In this document: piece by piece, positions 16,650-25,331 of the stretch
Position numbering within the stretch: the first letter of the stretch is position 1
How the letters are laid out: the number at the start of each line of letters is the position of its first letter
Source: a virus
Strand: one strand, 5' to 3'
Virus record (IMG/VR): IMGVR_UViG_3300020039_000026
DNA: 64,000 bases
The notes under the pieces: model-generated
Told to the model about the DNA's origin: nothing
Databases searched by the model: none
The model's input: the letters and a program-made list of their open reading frames with translations, nothing else
Program-made: the position numbers and the translations under genes

Positions 16650-17010
16650 ATTGATGTATCCCGATGAACAATAAAAATCGGGTGGTATGCTGTGGCTACA
16701 GGCGGAGTAGCGCTCCGCAGGGCTCCCGTTCCTAACCCTGGCCATGAATGCCTGTGGGGCTCATGGCCAAAGAACGGCTTCTGTGCGGGTAGCCTGGCGG
16801 CGATGGGTTCGATTCCCATGACTCGCGCAAGTGGCCGGGTAGCGCCCGGCTGATGTGAGCGTCCGCGCAACACCTCACAAAGAATGACAATGGCCGCTGA
16901 AAACGTACTTCGGCACATGTCCGGTCGCATGACTTCCCTCGACCGTCAGGGTGCATGACACGATCCGTCAGCGAAGCACGATAATCTAAGCGGCAAGCGC
17001 CCATTTCAGT
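16650..17010 (+). ncRNA. GC-rich structured noncoding region starting with the second copy of the covarying hairpin motif (16651-16686) and containing a tRNA T-arm-like element ATGGG-TTCGATT-CCCAT (16808-16824)
   Basis: Only antisense-looking ORFs. Multiple local hairpins (GGCGGAGTAGCGCTCCGC, GGCCATGAATGCCTGTGGGGCTCATGGCC). The T-arm-like element is followed by GACTCGC, which could pair with GCGGGTA upstream as a minihelix. Confidence 0.3.
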
Positions 17011-17094
17011 AATTCATTTGAAAGGTGGTATACATATGGAAATCCTGTTAACCAAGAAATCCCCTATGTGTATGCACGCCAGTAAGGAGTCACT

Positions 17095-17499
17095 ATGAGC
17101 AATTGGACACATGTAGCGGCCATCGTCCGCCTGGACTGTATTCGTCCACTGTATGACAGGGATCCTAATATGGATGACCTGTTCGGAAAAGAATGTTTGT
17201 GGGATGCGCCGGGAGAAGTTCGGAGCGACGCGGAGAAGCATCCTGAAAACTACCTGCCAACCGGAAGCGAGGGAAGCCTGCATAAAAGCGTGTGGATTAA
17301 TCCGAACCGTCAGGAGATTCCCGCCTTTGTCATTTCCATTTTCGGTGATCTGCGCGATCATGATTCTTCCCAGGAAATCATTGAGTGGTTTAAGAAGAAA
17401 TGCGAAAAGGCGATGGAGTTCCATTGCTTTATTCGCAATGCTGTGATTACTGCGGAGAATGAATGCAATGGTTCCGCGCATTGGGAGTACGAAGAATAG
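17095..17499 (+). CDS. Hypothetical protein
   Basis: 134-aa ORF with AAGGAG RBS. Confidence 0.5.
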   Translation: MSNWTHVAAIVRLDCIRPLYDRDPNMDDLFGKECLWDAPGEVRSDAEKHPENYLPTGSEGSLHKSVWINPNRQEIPAFVISIFGDLRDHDSSQEIIEWFKKKCEKAMEFHCFIRNAVITAENECNGSAHWEYEE

Positions 17500-17574
17500 G
17501 CCGAATGATCCCGTACATCAAACGTTCCCGAATTACGGTGGTAAGCTGACCGGCGAAAGCCTACGCGCCGAAAA

Positions 17575-17596
17575 TCGGATTTATGCCCGCCCGGTT
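17575..17596 (+). terminator. Hairpin terminator candidate just upstream of tRNA-Gly
   Basis: GCCCGCC-CGGTT-GGCGGGC followed by TTTG. Confidence 0.4.
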
Positions 17597-17668
17597 GGCG
17601 GGCTTTGCAGCCGTAGTGTAATGGCAATCACACCGTCCTTCCAAGTCGGGTTTGCGGGTTCGAGTCCC
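17597..17668 (+). tRNA. tRNA-Gly (anticodon TCC)
   Basis: Acceptor GCAGCCG/CGGCTGC, anticodon stem CCGTC/GTCGG (one T-T mismatch), loop CTTCCAA, T-arm GCGGG-TTCGAGT-CCCGT. No CCA. Confidence 0.6.
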
Positions 17669-17673
17669 GTCGG

Positions 17674-17775
17674 CTGCTTTTATGGGAGAGTAACCAAGAG
17701 GTCAAAGGTGCGAGACCGTAAATCTCGCGTTCTGATATGCCGCGCTAAAACAGAACTTCGCTGGTTCAAATCCAG
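17674..17775 (+). tRNA. tRNA-Tyr-like (anticodon GTA) with unusually long 28-nt variable arm and C at position 33. About 102 nt, possibly aberrant.
   Basis: Acceptor GGGAGAG/CTCTCCC with one extra nt before it. Tyr-like D-arm AACCAAGAGGTCAAAGGT. Anticodon stem CGAGA/TCTCG with loop CCGTAAA. Variable arm GTTCTG-ATATGCCGCGCTAAAA-CAGAAC. T-arm GCTGG-TTCAAAT-CCAGT. Confidence 0.4.
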
Positions 17776-17783
17776 TCCTCTCC

Positions 17784-17872
17784 CATTTTCTTTGGAAGGT
17801 TGGCTGAGCCTGGCTGAAAGCACCGGTCTTGAAAACCGGCAGCCCCAAAAGGGGCTCGTGGGTTCAAATCCC
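17784..17872 (+). tRNA. tRNA-Ser (anticodon TGA), class II
   Basis: Acceptor GGAAGGT/ACCTTCC with G73 discriminator, anticodon stem CCGGT/ACCGG, loop CTTGAAA, variable hairpin AGCCCC-AAAA-GGGGCT, T-arm GTGGG-TTCAAAT-CCCAC. Confidence 0.7.
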
Positions 17873-17905
17873 ACACCTTCCGCTTTTTGATTGGAGGAAT
17901 AAATC

Positions 17906-18325
17906 ATGACGGAATATCAACGGCAGGCAGAAGATTTTTTAGCCCGCAGCGGGACGACCATGAAAATCACACGCGACGGCGATGTGCGCGGCTTCCCGTT
18001 TGACAAAAGCGATCATCATATGCATGAGAAGTATCTCATCTCCATGCGTCGCGGCTGTCGCTCCTATGAGTTTCCTTTTTATGACTGTGCGGCGAACTTC
18101 CACACAAACAAGCGGCCAACCGCATATGATGTTCTGTCTTGTCTGGAAAAGTACGAAGTACCATCGGATGATTGGGATTTTGCACATGAGTTCGGCTACG
18201 ACATCCACGATAAAGAAAGCTTCAATCGCGTGTCCAAAATCCGTAAGGCGTGTGAAGAGCAATATGCCGCCCTGTATCTTATGTTCGGGGATCAATGGAT
18301 GGAAGAACTTAGGCAAATCAACTAA
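17906..18325 (+). CDS. Hypothetical protein
   Basis: 139-aa ORF with GGAGGAATAAATCATG RBS. Confidence 0.5.
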   Translation: MTEYQRQAEDFLARSGTTMKITRDGDVRGFPFDKSDHHMHEKYLISMRRGCRSYEFPFYDCAANFHTNKRPTAYDVLSCLEKYEVPSDDWDFAHEFGYDIHDKESFNRVSKIRKACEEQYAALYLMFGDQWMEELRQIN

Positions 18326-18382
18326 CCTATTGTCTGTTCATGAAAAGGATTAAGAATAGATAATCCAAAGCAGGTACTCCTT

Positions 18383-18787
18383 TTGGTTGTAAATGGGGGA
18401 ATATCTTTGTATATCCGAAAAAGTATCCATTCCATTGAGTCCGTCTACGAAGCCGTTCATGATACGATGTTCAATCCGAAAACCACATACATCCTATTCG
18501 ATGGCGATGAAATCAAAAGCACAAGTCAGCGCTATCAGGTATTTTTTACAAAAGGGATTCGCTGCGTTTCGTGCGGCATCGAAGGGAAATATTTTGCCAA
18601 GGAAAAAGGGCATGGTTCATCACAAGATCGCTATCACCTTAATTTATACGCCATTGACGAAAATGGCAAGGAAGTCCTGATGACCAAAGACCATATCATC
18701 CCAAGATCAAAGGGTGGTTTGAATCGTCTGGAAAACTATCAAACGATGTGTCAAATCTGCAATAGCAAAAAGGGAAGCGAACATTGA
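18383..18787 (+). CDS. HNH endonuclease, free-standing
   Basis: C-terminal HNH motif HIIPRSKGGLNRLENYQTMCQICNSKKGSEH with CxxC zinc ligands. Confidence 0.6.
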   Translation: MVVNGGISLYIRKSIHSIESVYEAVHDTMFNPKTTYILFDGDEIKSTSQRYQVFFTKGIRCVSCGIEGKYFAKEKGHGSSQDRYHLNLYAIDENGKEVLMTKDHIIPRSKGGLNRLENYQTMCQICNSKKGSEH

Positions 18788-18794
18788 TAGGTCT

Positions 18795-19595
18795 ATGGAT
18801 AAAGCATGGGTACAAGAAAAGGAAGCACAAAGGGCTGAAGAAATACGGCTTACCAAAGAAACTATCCGCCGGAAAATCTTAGACGCAGGGCTTCAGGAAT
18901 ATGTCGATGTTCTCTTAGCTGGCGTAGATAAGAGCTTTGATCTTCACGTATCATTTTTGTGCGGTTCAATAGAAATACTTGACGCAATTAAGAAGAAAAC
19001 TACTGGCAACAAAGAGCTATTTGCTTCTATTATCGAAAAGTATTGCTTGTTTGAGCATAGCATCCGCGAAGAGTTGGAAAAACTTTTTCAGCTTAAATAC
19101 AGCTTCCAGCAATTTTCCGACTCAGATCTGGTCGAGTTTGATGGGGATATTATCATTACAGATCCTTGCTATGTCATGCGAGACGACGCCGAAGATGATT
19201 GGGAAAAGTGTTCTTGCGGCGAGAACATGGACGAACTCGGCATCCATCACTTCATGAGCCGCAGTACCATTATTGGCGACTGGAGCTGTACTGTCTACAA
19301 TACAGATAATCATAGGAAGATAGGTGAGTTCTGCGCCGATGCGGGAATGGTTTCTGTTCTCCTGCTAAATGAAGTCCTTCAATACAATCCGTCCTTCGAC
19401 TATCATATAAATAGGAAGTGGACGACGGCGCTGATAAAGAATTTCAAAGGAACCGTTCAGTTTGTTGTTCACGAGGTACACTTTGAGTACAATGGCGAAG
19501 ATCATGTGGGCTACGAGGTGGAAGTAGTTGGGCATGGTGTCAATAAGAAAACCGGCAAGCCTTTCAACTTTTCGTCAAGACAAACCGGGTTATAA
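18795..19595 (+). CDS. Hypothetical protein
   Basis: 266-aa ORF. Confidence 0.5.
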   Translation: MDKAWVQEKEAQRAEEIRLTKETIRRKILDAGLQEYVDVLLAGVDKSFDLHVSFLCGSIEILDAIKKKTTGNKELFASIIEKYCLFEHSIREELEKLFQLKYSFQQFSDSDLVEFDGDIIITDPCYVMRDDAEDDWEKCSCGENMDELGIHHFMSRSTIIGDWSCTVYNTDNHRKIGEFCADAGMVSVLLLNEVLQYNPSFDYHINRKWTTALIKNFKGTVQFVVHEVHFEYNGEDHVGYEVEVVGHGVNKKTGKPFNFSSRQTGL

Positions 19596-19631
19596 AATTA
19601 CGCTTTTATTAATCGATAAGGAGGTAAACCT

Positions 19632-20042
19632 GTGGCATTTTGGAATAAAAAGAAGAAAAAAGATGAAAAGCAGGAACTTCCTATTAAAATATTATCCCCT
19701 TGCGAGCGTGGTGAACACCGTTACAAGGATTTTGATTGGTATATCAAAACATATGTTGATCAGTCCTATTATAACAACCGATATGTCGTTACGGTGATCG
19801 AACCATATGTCTGCATCCATTGCGGGCACCGCGAAGATCAGGAACTCGGCAAATGGATTTTTGCAAAGAAAACGGATAAAACCGCATTCGTTGAGCATCT
19901 CAGCAAGAATCCAAACATCAAGCCAATCATCGAAGTGGAAGACGCCATTCACGATATGCAGCTTGTCGATCGAGAGTATCTTTCAATTTTTCAGCAGCTC
20001 CATCCAGATAAAAAGATTTTGGATGAAGCCAAGCCGGATTAA
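19632..20042 (+). CDS. Hypothetical protein with Cys/His pairs
   Basis: 136-aa ORF with AAGGAGG RBS. CERGEHRY...CIHCGH suggests a zinc-binding fold. Its 3-prime end overlaps the tRNA-Thr start. Confidence 0.5.
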   Translation: MAFWNKKKKKDEKQELPIKILSPCERGEHRYKDFDWYIKTYVDQSYYNNRYVVTVIEPYVCIHCGHREDQELGKWIFAKKTDKTAFVEHLSKNPNIKPIIEVEDAIHDMQLVDREYLSIFQQLHPDKKILDEAKPD

Positions 20043-20105
20043 CTCAATTGGCAGAGTGCCGCTTTTGTACTGCGGAAGCTGCGGGTTCAATTCCTGTATC
20101 CGGCT
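20033..20105 (+). tRNA. tRNA-Thr (anticodon TGT)
   Basis: Acceptor GCCGGAT/ATCCGGC, D-stem ACTC/GAGT, anticodon stem CCGCT/TGCGG (terminal T-T), loop TTTGTAC, T-arm GCGGG-TTCAATT-CCTGT. No CCA. Confidence 0.55.
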
Positions 20106-20107
20106 CT

Positions 20108-20181
20108 GCCCCTGTCGCCTAAATGGAATAAGGCACCGGTTTCGTACTCCGGAGATGCTGGATCGTACCCAGCCAGGGGCT
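20108..20181 (+). tRNA. tRNA-Thr (anticodon CGT) with non-canonical T-loop ATCGTAC
   Basis: Acceptor GCCCCTG/CAGGGGC, D-stem GCCT/AGGC, anticodon stem CCGGT/TCCGG (terminal T-T), loop TTCGTAC, T-arm GCTGG-ATCGTAC-CCAGC. No CCA. Confidence 0.5.
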
Positions 20182-20205
20182 TTTGATTTGTAATGAGGTG
20201 ATATT

Positions 20206-20994
20206 ATGCCAGACTCCCTCGGTGACCGAATGAAAGCATATGAGAATATTTCCAGAATCTATCTTACGAAACGCCTGCCGGTTATTATCCGAATCGACGG
20301 GCGTGCGTTTCATACTCTTACTCGCGGTTTTGACCGTCCGTTTGATACTGTGTTTTCACGCTCTATGTGGGATACGGCGGCAGAGCTATGTAAGGAAATT
20401 GGCGGTGCAAAATTAGCTTACACCCAAAGCGATGAAATTTCCATCCTCCTCACCAATGACGATAACCTCGAAACCCAGCCGTGGTTCGATAATAATCTGC
20501 AAAAGCTGGTCAGTGTCGCCGCTTCGACCGCCACCAAGGAATTCAATAATATCTTCGACTGGTATTGGATCAATAATGATCCTGATGGAGAATTGCGGCT
20601 TGCTTATTCCAGAGCCTCCGGCGAAGCTACATTTGACGCCAGGGCATTCGTTCTTCCTCATGACGAGGTATGCAATTATTTCATTTGGCGGCAGCAGGAT
20701 GCCGTCCGCAATTCTATCCAGATGGCGGCTCAAAGCGTCTATTCTCACAAGGAACTGCAAGGGAAAAATCAAAACGACCTTCAGGAAATGTTGTTTCAGA
20801 AAGGAATCAATTGGAATAATTATGGTCCGTGGCACAAGCGCGGCGTGTGCGTAATTAAAAAGTTTGCGGAAGAGCAGGCCACCGGCGAGGAACAGGCACG
20901 TCTGCACTGGGTAGTGGATATGAATATTCCTATCTTCACTCAGGATCGTGGCTATATCGAAAACGCTTTGAAAGGGAATCAGAATGACACTTGA
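20206..20994 (+). CDS. Thg1-like protein (tRNA-His guanylyltransferase family 3-prime-to-5-prime polymerase)
   Basis: N-terminal MKAYENISRIYLTKRLPVIIRIDGRAFHTLTRGF matches the Thg1/TLP signature (FEYV...P.VVRIDGR.FH.F). 262 aa. Immediately downstream of the tRNA array. Confidence 0.6.
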   Translation: MPDSLGDRMKAYENISRIYLTKRLPVIIRIDGRAFHTLTRGFDRPFDTVFSRSMWDTAAELCKEIGGAKLAYTQSDEISILLTNDDNLETQPWFDNNLQKLVSVAASTATKEFNNIFDWYWINNDPDGELRLAYSRASGEATFDARAFVLPHDEVCNYFIWRQQDAVRNSIQMAAQSVYSHKELQGKNQNDLQEMLFQKGINWNNYGPWHKRGVCVIKKFAEEQATGEEQARLHWVVDMNIPIFTQDRGYIENALKGNQNDT

Positions 20995-22006
20995 AGAAAT
21001 CAAATCCACAATCGCAGGAAGCTCGTATGATTTTCTTAGAAATGATGAGCATTTGGTCGGCAGGATTGCTTTCATATGTCTCGGTGGTTCTTATGCATAC
21101 GGTACGAATGTAGAAGGTTCTGACCTGGATATTCGCGGCTGTGCATTAAATAGCGCAAGCGAGCTGATCGGCTTTCATCGTTTCGAGCAGCTTGTCGATT
21201 CCAAAACCGACACGACGATTTACGCCTTCAACAAATTGATCCGTCTCCTCCATTGCTGCAATCCAAATGTAATAGAGATGCTCGGTTGCAAACCTGAGCA
21301 TTATTTTTTCATGTCGGATGTCGGCAGGCAAATGATCGAGAACAGAAAAATGTTCTTGTCGAAACGTGCCGCCTATACATTCGGTGGCTATGCGTTCTCA
21401 CAGCTTCGTCGCCTTGAGAACGCCATTGCCCGTGACAGGCTTGATCAAGGCAGGAAAGAAGTTCATATCCGAAACAGCATTGATAAGGTTGTCAAGAATT
21501 TTAATAACGAAGGAAGAGCCATCCCTGTTTCATACACGCTTGATTTAGGCGCAGCCGTCCATGATGACCTGGAAACCGAAACATATATCACCATGGATTT
21601 AGGATATTATCCCGTCAGGGATTTAAAGGCGCTGGTCAACGAAATCAATAATGTCATTAACGACTATCAGAACGATCTGCATGGAAGAAATAAAAAGAAA
21701 GATGATTTTCATCTGAATAAACACGCCATGCATTTAATTCGCCTGTATTTGATGGCCATCGATATTTTGGAAAAGGAAGAAGTCGTCACATATAGAGAGA
21801 AGGATCACGACCTTTTGATGAGCATTAGGAATGGAAAATTCCAGCACGAAGACGGTACGTTCGACAGCTCATTCTTCGATTTGGTGCACCATCTTTCTCA
21901 TCGCATGGAATACGCGAAGGAAAACACGTCTCTTCCAAACAGTCCAGATGCAGACAAGATTGAAAAATTTGTAATGGATGTTAATCGACGAGTTATTTGT
22001 GATTAG
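20984..22006 (+). CDS. Pol-beta-superfamily nucleotidyltransferase (GS...DxD), specific family unassigned
   Basis: ICLGGSYAYGTNVEGSDLDIRG is the minimal NTase G[SG]x9-13DxD motif, followed by a roughly 250-aa helical region. Start overlaps the Thg1-like gene. Confidence 0.5.
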   Translation: MTLEEIKSTIAGSSYDFLRNDEHLVGRIAFICLGGSYAYGTNVEGSDLDIRGCALNSASELIGFHRFEQLVDSKTDTTIYAFNKLIRLLHCCNPNVIEMLGCKPEHYFFMSDVGRQMIENRKMFLSKRAAYTFGGYAFSQLRRLENAIARDRLDQGRKEVHIRNSIDKVVKNFNNEGRAIPVSYTLDLGAAVHDDLETETYITMDLGYYPVRDLKALVNEINNVINDYQNDLHGRNKKKDDFHLNKHAMHLIRLYLMAIDILEKEEVVTYREKDHDLLMSIRNGKFQHEDGTFDSSFFDLVHHLSHRMEYAKENTSLPNSPDADKIEKFVMDVNRRVICD

Positions 22007-22014
22007 ATTGGAGG

Positions 22015-22386
22015 ATGAATTCAGTGCCGGTATGCCGTGATTGGTGCGTCGAAGCGCAAGTTATTTCCAAAAGAGAGGCGGACGCATTGTCTATCGCCCT
22101 CGGAAACTATCTTGATGAGCCCGGTAACTGGGATAACGGGTTTTATCAGGCATCATTCTTTTCGGAAGGGATTCGAGATGATGAAATAATCGAATCTGCC
22201 ATAAAGGAATTCTCTTTGCAGCATCCGACCCTGACTATTTCAGTCTATGTAAAGCAGGATCCTGACGATTGCCCCGATAAAATGAAATTCCGAAACGGCA
22301 CAGTCAGATACTACACAGGGATCGTCAAATACTACGAGTACGATCCTCAGACCGGGCAAACCTCTGAAATTCCGGATAAGGAGTAG
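22015..22386 (+). CDS. Hypothetical protein
   Basis: 123-aa ORF. Confidence 0.4.
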   Translation: MNSVPVCRDWCVEAQVISKREADALSIALGNYLDEPGNWDNGFYQASFFSEGIRDDEIIESAIKEFSLQHPTLTISVYVKQDPDDCPDKMKFRNGTVRYYTGIVKYYEYDPQTGQTSEIPDKE

Positions 22387-22421
22387 AAAGCGCCCTAATT
22401 GATCAAAGAAAGGATAACAGA

Positions 22422-23009
22422 ATGGCAATAAAGAATAAGGCTTTCCTTCACCTCAGAAAGATCATCCAGCATCGTAAATGGGTCCGCCATTACTGCTTTA
22501 TGATCGGTCTGTACCGAGAAGGGATCACGCATGACCTTTCCAAGTTTTCGCCAGCCGAATTCCTTGAGTCAGCCCGTTTCTACCAGGGGACAAGCTCGCC
22601 TATTGACGCTTGCAAGAAAAAGAATGGCGTGTCTGTCGCCTGGCTCCATCATCGCGGTCGAAACAAGCACCACTGGGAATACTGGGTGGATGATTTCCAA
22701 AAAGGGATGCGGCCCGTCTGTATGCCATACAGGAGCGCGGCCGAAATGCTCTGCGATTTTCTTGGAGCGGGCCGTGCTTACATGGGCGCTTTGTTCACTT
22801 ATGAAAATGAATACGCATGGTGGGAAGAAAAGCGCGAGGTGATCATCGTCCATCCTGCCATCCGGATGTTCCTCGATTGGTGCTTTGAGGGGCTCAGAGA
22901 ATACGGCGAGCGCTGGCTCACGAAAGAAAACATCACACAGGTTTATCTCAGCACTACTCAGATCAAGGGCGCGGATTGTGAATTTGAACCGCGCTTTCTT
23001 TATAATTAA
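22422..23009 (+). CDS. Hypothetical protein with His-rich motifs (possible HD-like metal site)
   Basis: 195-aa ORF containing ITHDLSKF and HHRGRNKHHWEYW. Confidence 0.4.
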   Translation: MAIKNKAFLHLRKIIQHRKWVRHYCFMIGLYREGITHDLSKFSPAEFLESARFYQGTSSPIDACKKKNGVSVAWLHHRGRNKHHWEYWVDDFQKGMRPVCMPYRSAAEMLCDFLGAGRAYMGALFTYENEYAWWEEKREVIIVHPAIRMFLDWCFEGLREYGERWLTKENITQVYLSTTQIKGADCEFEPRFLYN

Positions 23010-23026
23010 GGAAAGAAGGTTTGATA

Positions 23027-23274
23027 TGTCCAGGGCGCTTCAATTTCCGAATGGGTTCAAGGCAGAACTCAATTATAATGAAATCACTAAGTCCGATACG
23101 CTCAGGCTCTACTCCCCTGACGAAACGTTCCTGGCAAGTATCCCATGCGAAGAAAGAAATTTTCATGCGGCAGCCGAGGGGCTTCTCAACGGATACTTTG
23201 CTGGATGGCGGGACTGTAAGTATCGGCTGACAGACGCAATAACGAACGCTTGTAAAATCGACATCACAGGATAA
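23027..23274 (+). CDS. Hypothetical small protein
   Basis: ATG at 23027 within ORF-track entry 22885-23274. 82 aa. Confidence 0.3.
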
Positions 23275-24274
23275 AATAAGAATTTTTGATTTAGAAGATA
23301 TAAAAAACAATGGAAAACACCACGATTTCTCATACATTGTCACTCCCGCTATAATGCAAAGATCATAAAATACAAGTTTCAATTGCAATGAAAACTGCTC
23401 TTAGGTACATAGTGTATTTTGAGCGCTTCATGTGATACGCTGAAGTAACACATAGTCCGGAAAGGGAACGCGGGCCGCACGACGAAAAGCGCACGAGCTA
23501 ACCAGGCTAAGCATGTAATCCGAAAGCTCAGACACGGAACACAATCAATGAAAACAAGCCAAAAGAAAGCAAAGGCCTGAACAATATACAAAGAACCGAA
23601 ACATCAGAACCACAAACTACACCTGAACTCGCCCCTCCAGCGCCCACTCCGCCTTTCACACACACATATATTAGATTGCAATGAAACATTATTTGATATA
23701 CACGCTATGAAAATTTTCGATTGTTCCGCGTTTATTCATACATATAAGCAATCGAATCTTCCAGGTTTAATCGGGAGAGTGAACTTAATGTACTCATTCA
23801 CGAGTAAAAGCTTGGCCTTCATTTAAATAAAACATTATGCTCCCCTAATTCTCGGGCTGTGAGTAACACACCCACGAGAATTAGGGTCACATATTCTTTT
23901 ATTTAAATGTGGCAGCTATCAGATAGCGTTTATACACGTTTGCACCATGCAATTTTCGCCATGATTTCTGGCGAGCCTTTTTGGTTTAACCGGAAGGAGA
24001 AACGAAAGTTTCTATCTCGATCGCACTCTCGGCCCAATGTTAGTACGGCCGAGAGATACGCAGATGGTGCGGCATCACACACAATATCAGGAAAGGGGAT
24101 TTAAGCCATGCTCATGACGCCAGGAAGGAAGCTTTGGTGCTATGACCGTTACGGACTCACGAAATATGCAGTACGATTCGTCAAGGATCTTGGCAACGGA
24201 TATGCGTCTGTCCAGCGCAAGGGGTGTTCTAATGTAATCATGGTTCAGAAAAGCTCTCTGCGCAAGGTGCATTT

Positions 24275-24916
24275 TTGCGAAAGGAAGCTGTGGTCAACGT
24301 GGTAATGGAACACGTCCATATTTCTCATGGTATAACCAAGCTTGGAGCGGATATTCCGTCCGTAAGTTTCCCCGCTGGAATTACATGCGATCCAGACGCG
24401 CCTTGCTTCAAAAAGTGCTATGCGCGAAAGGGCAGATTCTCATTCCCGAATGTAAAGAATCTCCTCGCTTTGAATCTCATGATCTGGAAAGAGGCGCCTG
24501 AACAGTTTGAGACAGATATCAAAATCTCTGCGTTCCATTCAAGGTTCTTCCGCTACTTTTCATCCGGCGACATTCCGGACGCTTCGTTTTTCGATATGAT
24601 GGTCCGCGTAGCAAATGAACTGCCAAACACGCAATTCCTCGCTTTCACAAAGAAAGCATGGATCGTCAATACATATGTCAAACAGCACGGTGATATCCCC
24701 GGAAATCTGCGTGTGGTATTCAGCGCATGGGGAGATTGGGCTCCGGATAATCCGAACAATTTCCCTGTAGCTTATATACGCTTCAAGAACGGAGATAACA
24801 GCGGCATACCCGATTCCGCCTGGCAATGCCCAAAGTATTGCGGAGATTGCGTCATGACGGGCTGCTCCTGCTGGGATCTCCAGAAAGGAGAGTCCGTATG
24901 CTTTGCTGAGCACTGA
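24275..24916 (+). CDS. Hypothetical Cys-rich protein
   Basis: 213-aa ORF with Cys clusters (CDPDAPCFKKC ... CPKYCGDCVMTGCSC). Confidence 0.45.
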   Translation: MRKEAVVNVVMEHVHISHGITKLGADIPSVSFPAGITCDPDAPCFKKCYARKGRFSFPNVKNLLALNLMIWKEAPEQFETDIKISAFHSRFFRYFSSGDIPDASFFDMMVRVANELPNTQFLAFTKKAWIVNTYVKQHGDIPGNLRVVFSAWGDWAPDNPNNFPVAYIRFKNGDNSGIPDSAWQCPKYCGDCVMTGCSCWDLQKGESVCFAEH

Positions 24917-25331
24917 CCAGTTCTATGAAGATCGGAGACTACATTCAACAGCTTCAGGCCACATGCGACAAAACAATCGACAAGAAGGTCATCGTTGATA
25001 CAACGGACAGAGACGGGAAACTCATCGCGGCATTTCTATCGTCCAATTTTGGGCAGGATCAAATCCTTGCCTTGTCCAATGAGAGCGAAAAACGGGAGGG
25101 TAACAATGGACGATACTGATATAAAACACGCAGCCAAATGCTTTTGTGATGGCTCAGAAAAATGTTCTGATTGCCCAGCAAACAGCGACGCCGATCACTG
25201 CCTGATCCATGCCATTATCGAATCGCCTATGGACGCAGTGAGAACATTCCGATTCCTAATGAATTATGCCACCTGCAATCCTGTTGTGGCGCTCGCCGAA
25301 GGAACCGTTACATAATGAAAGGAAGATGCTT

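Noticed and set aside
16650-17010. tmRNA, RNase P RNA or group I intron identity for the GC-rich structured region after the odd tRNA
   Set aside because: No tag-peptide reading frame ending ...ALAA-stop and no 3-prime ACCA after the T-arm-like element (tmRNA). No GGAAAGTCCGGGCTCC / CCGGCTTA signatures (RNase P). No exon continuity or internal ORF (group I). Left as unassigned structured RNA.
23379-23591. Minus-strand 70-aa and 141-aa ORFs within the 23280-24105 noncoding region
   Set aside because: They span an A+C-skewed, repeat-containing regulatory-looking region, lack RBSs and have low-complexity translations. Treated as spurious.
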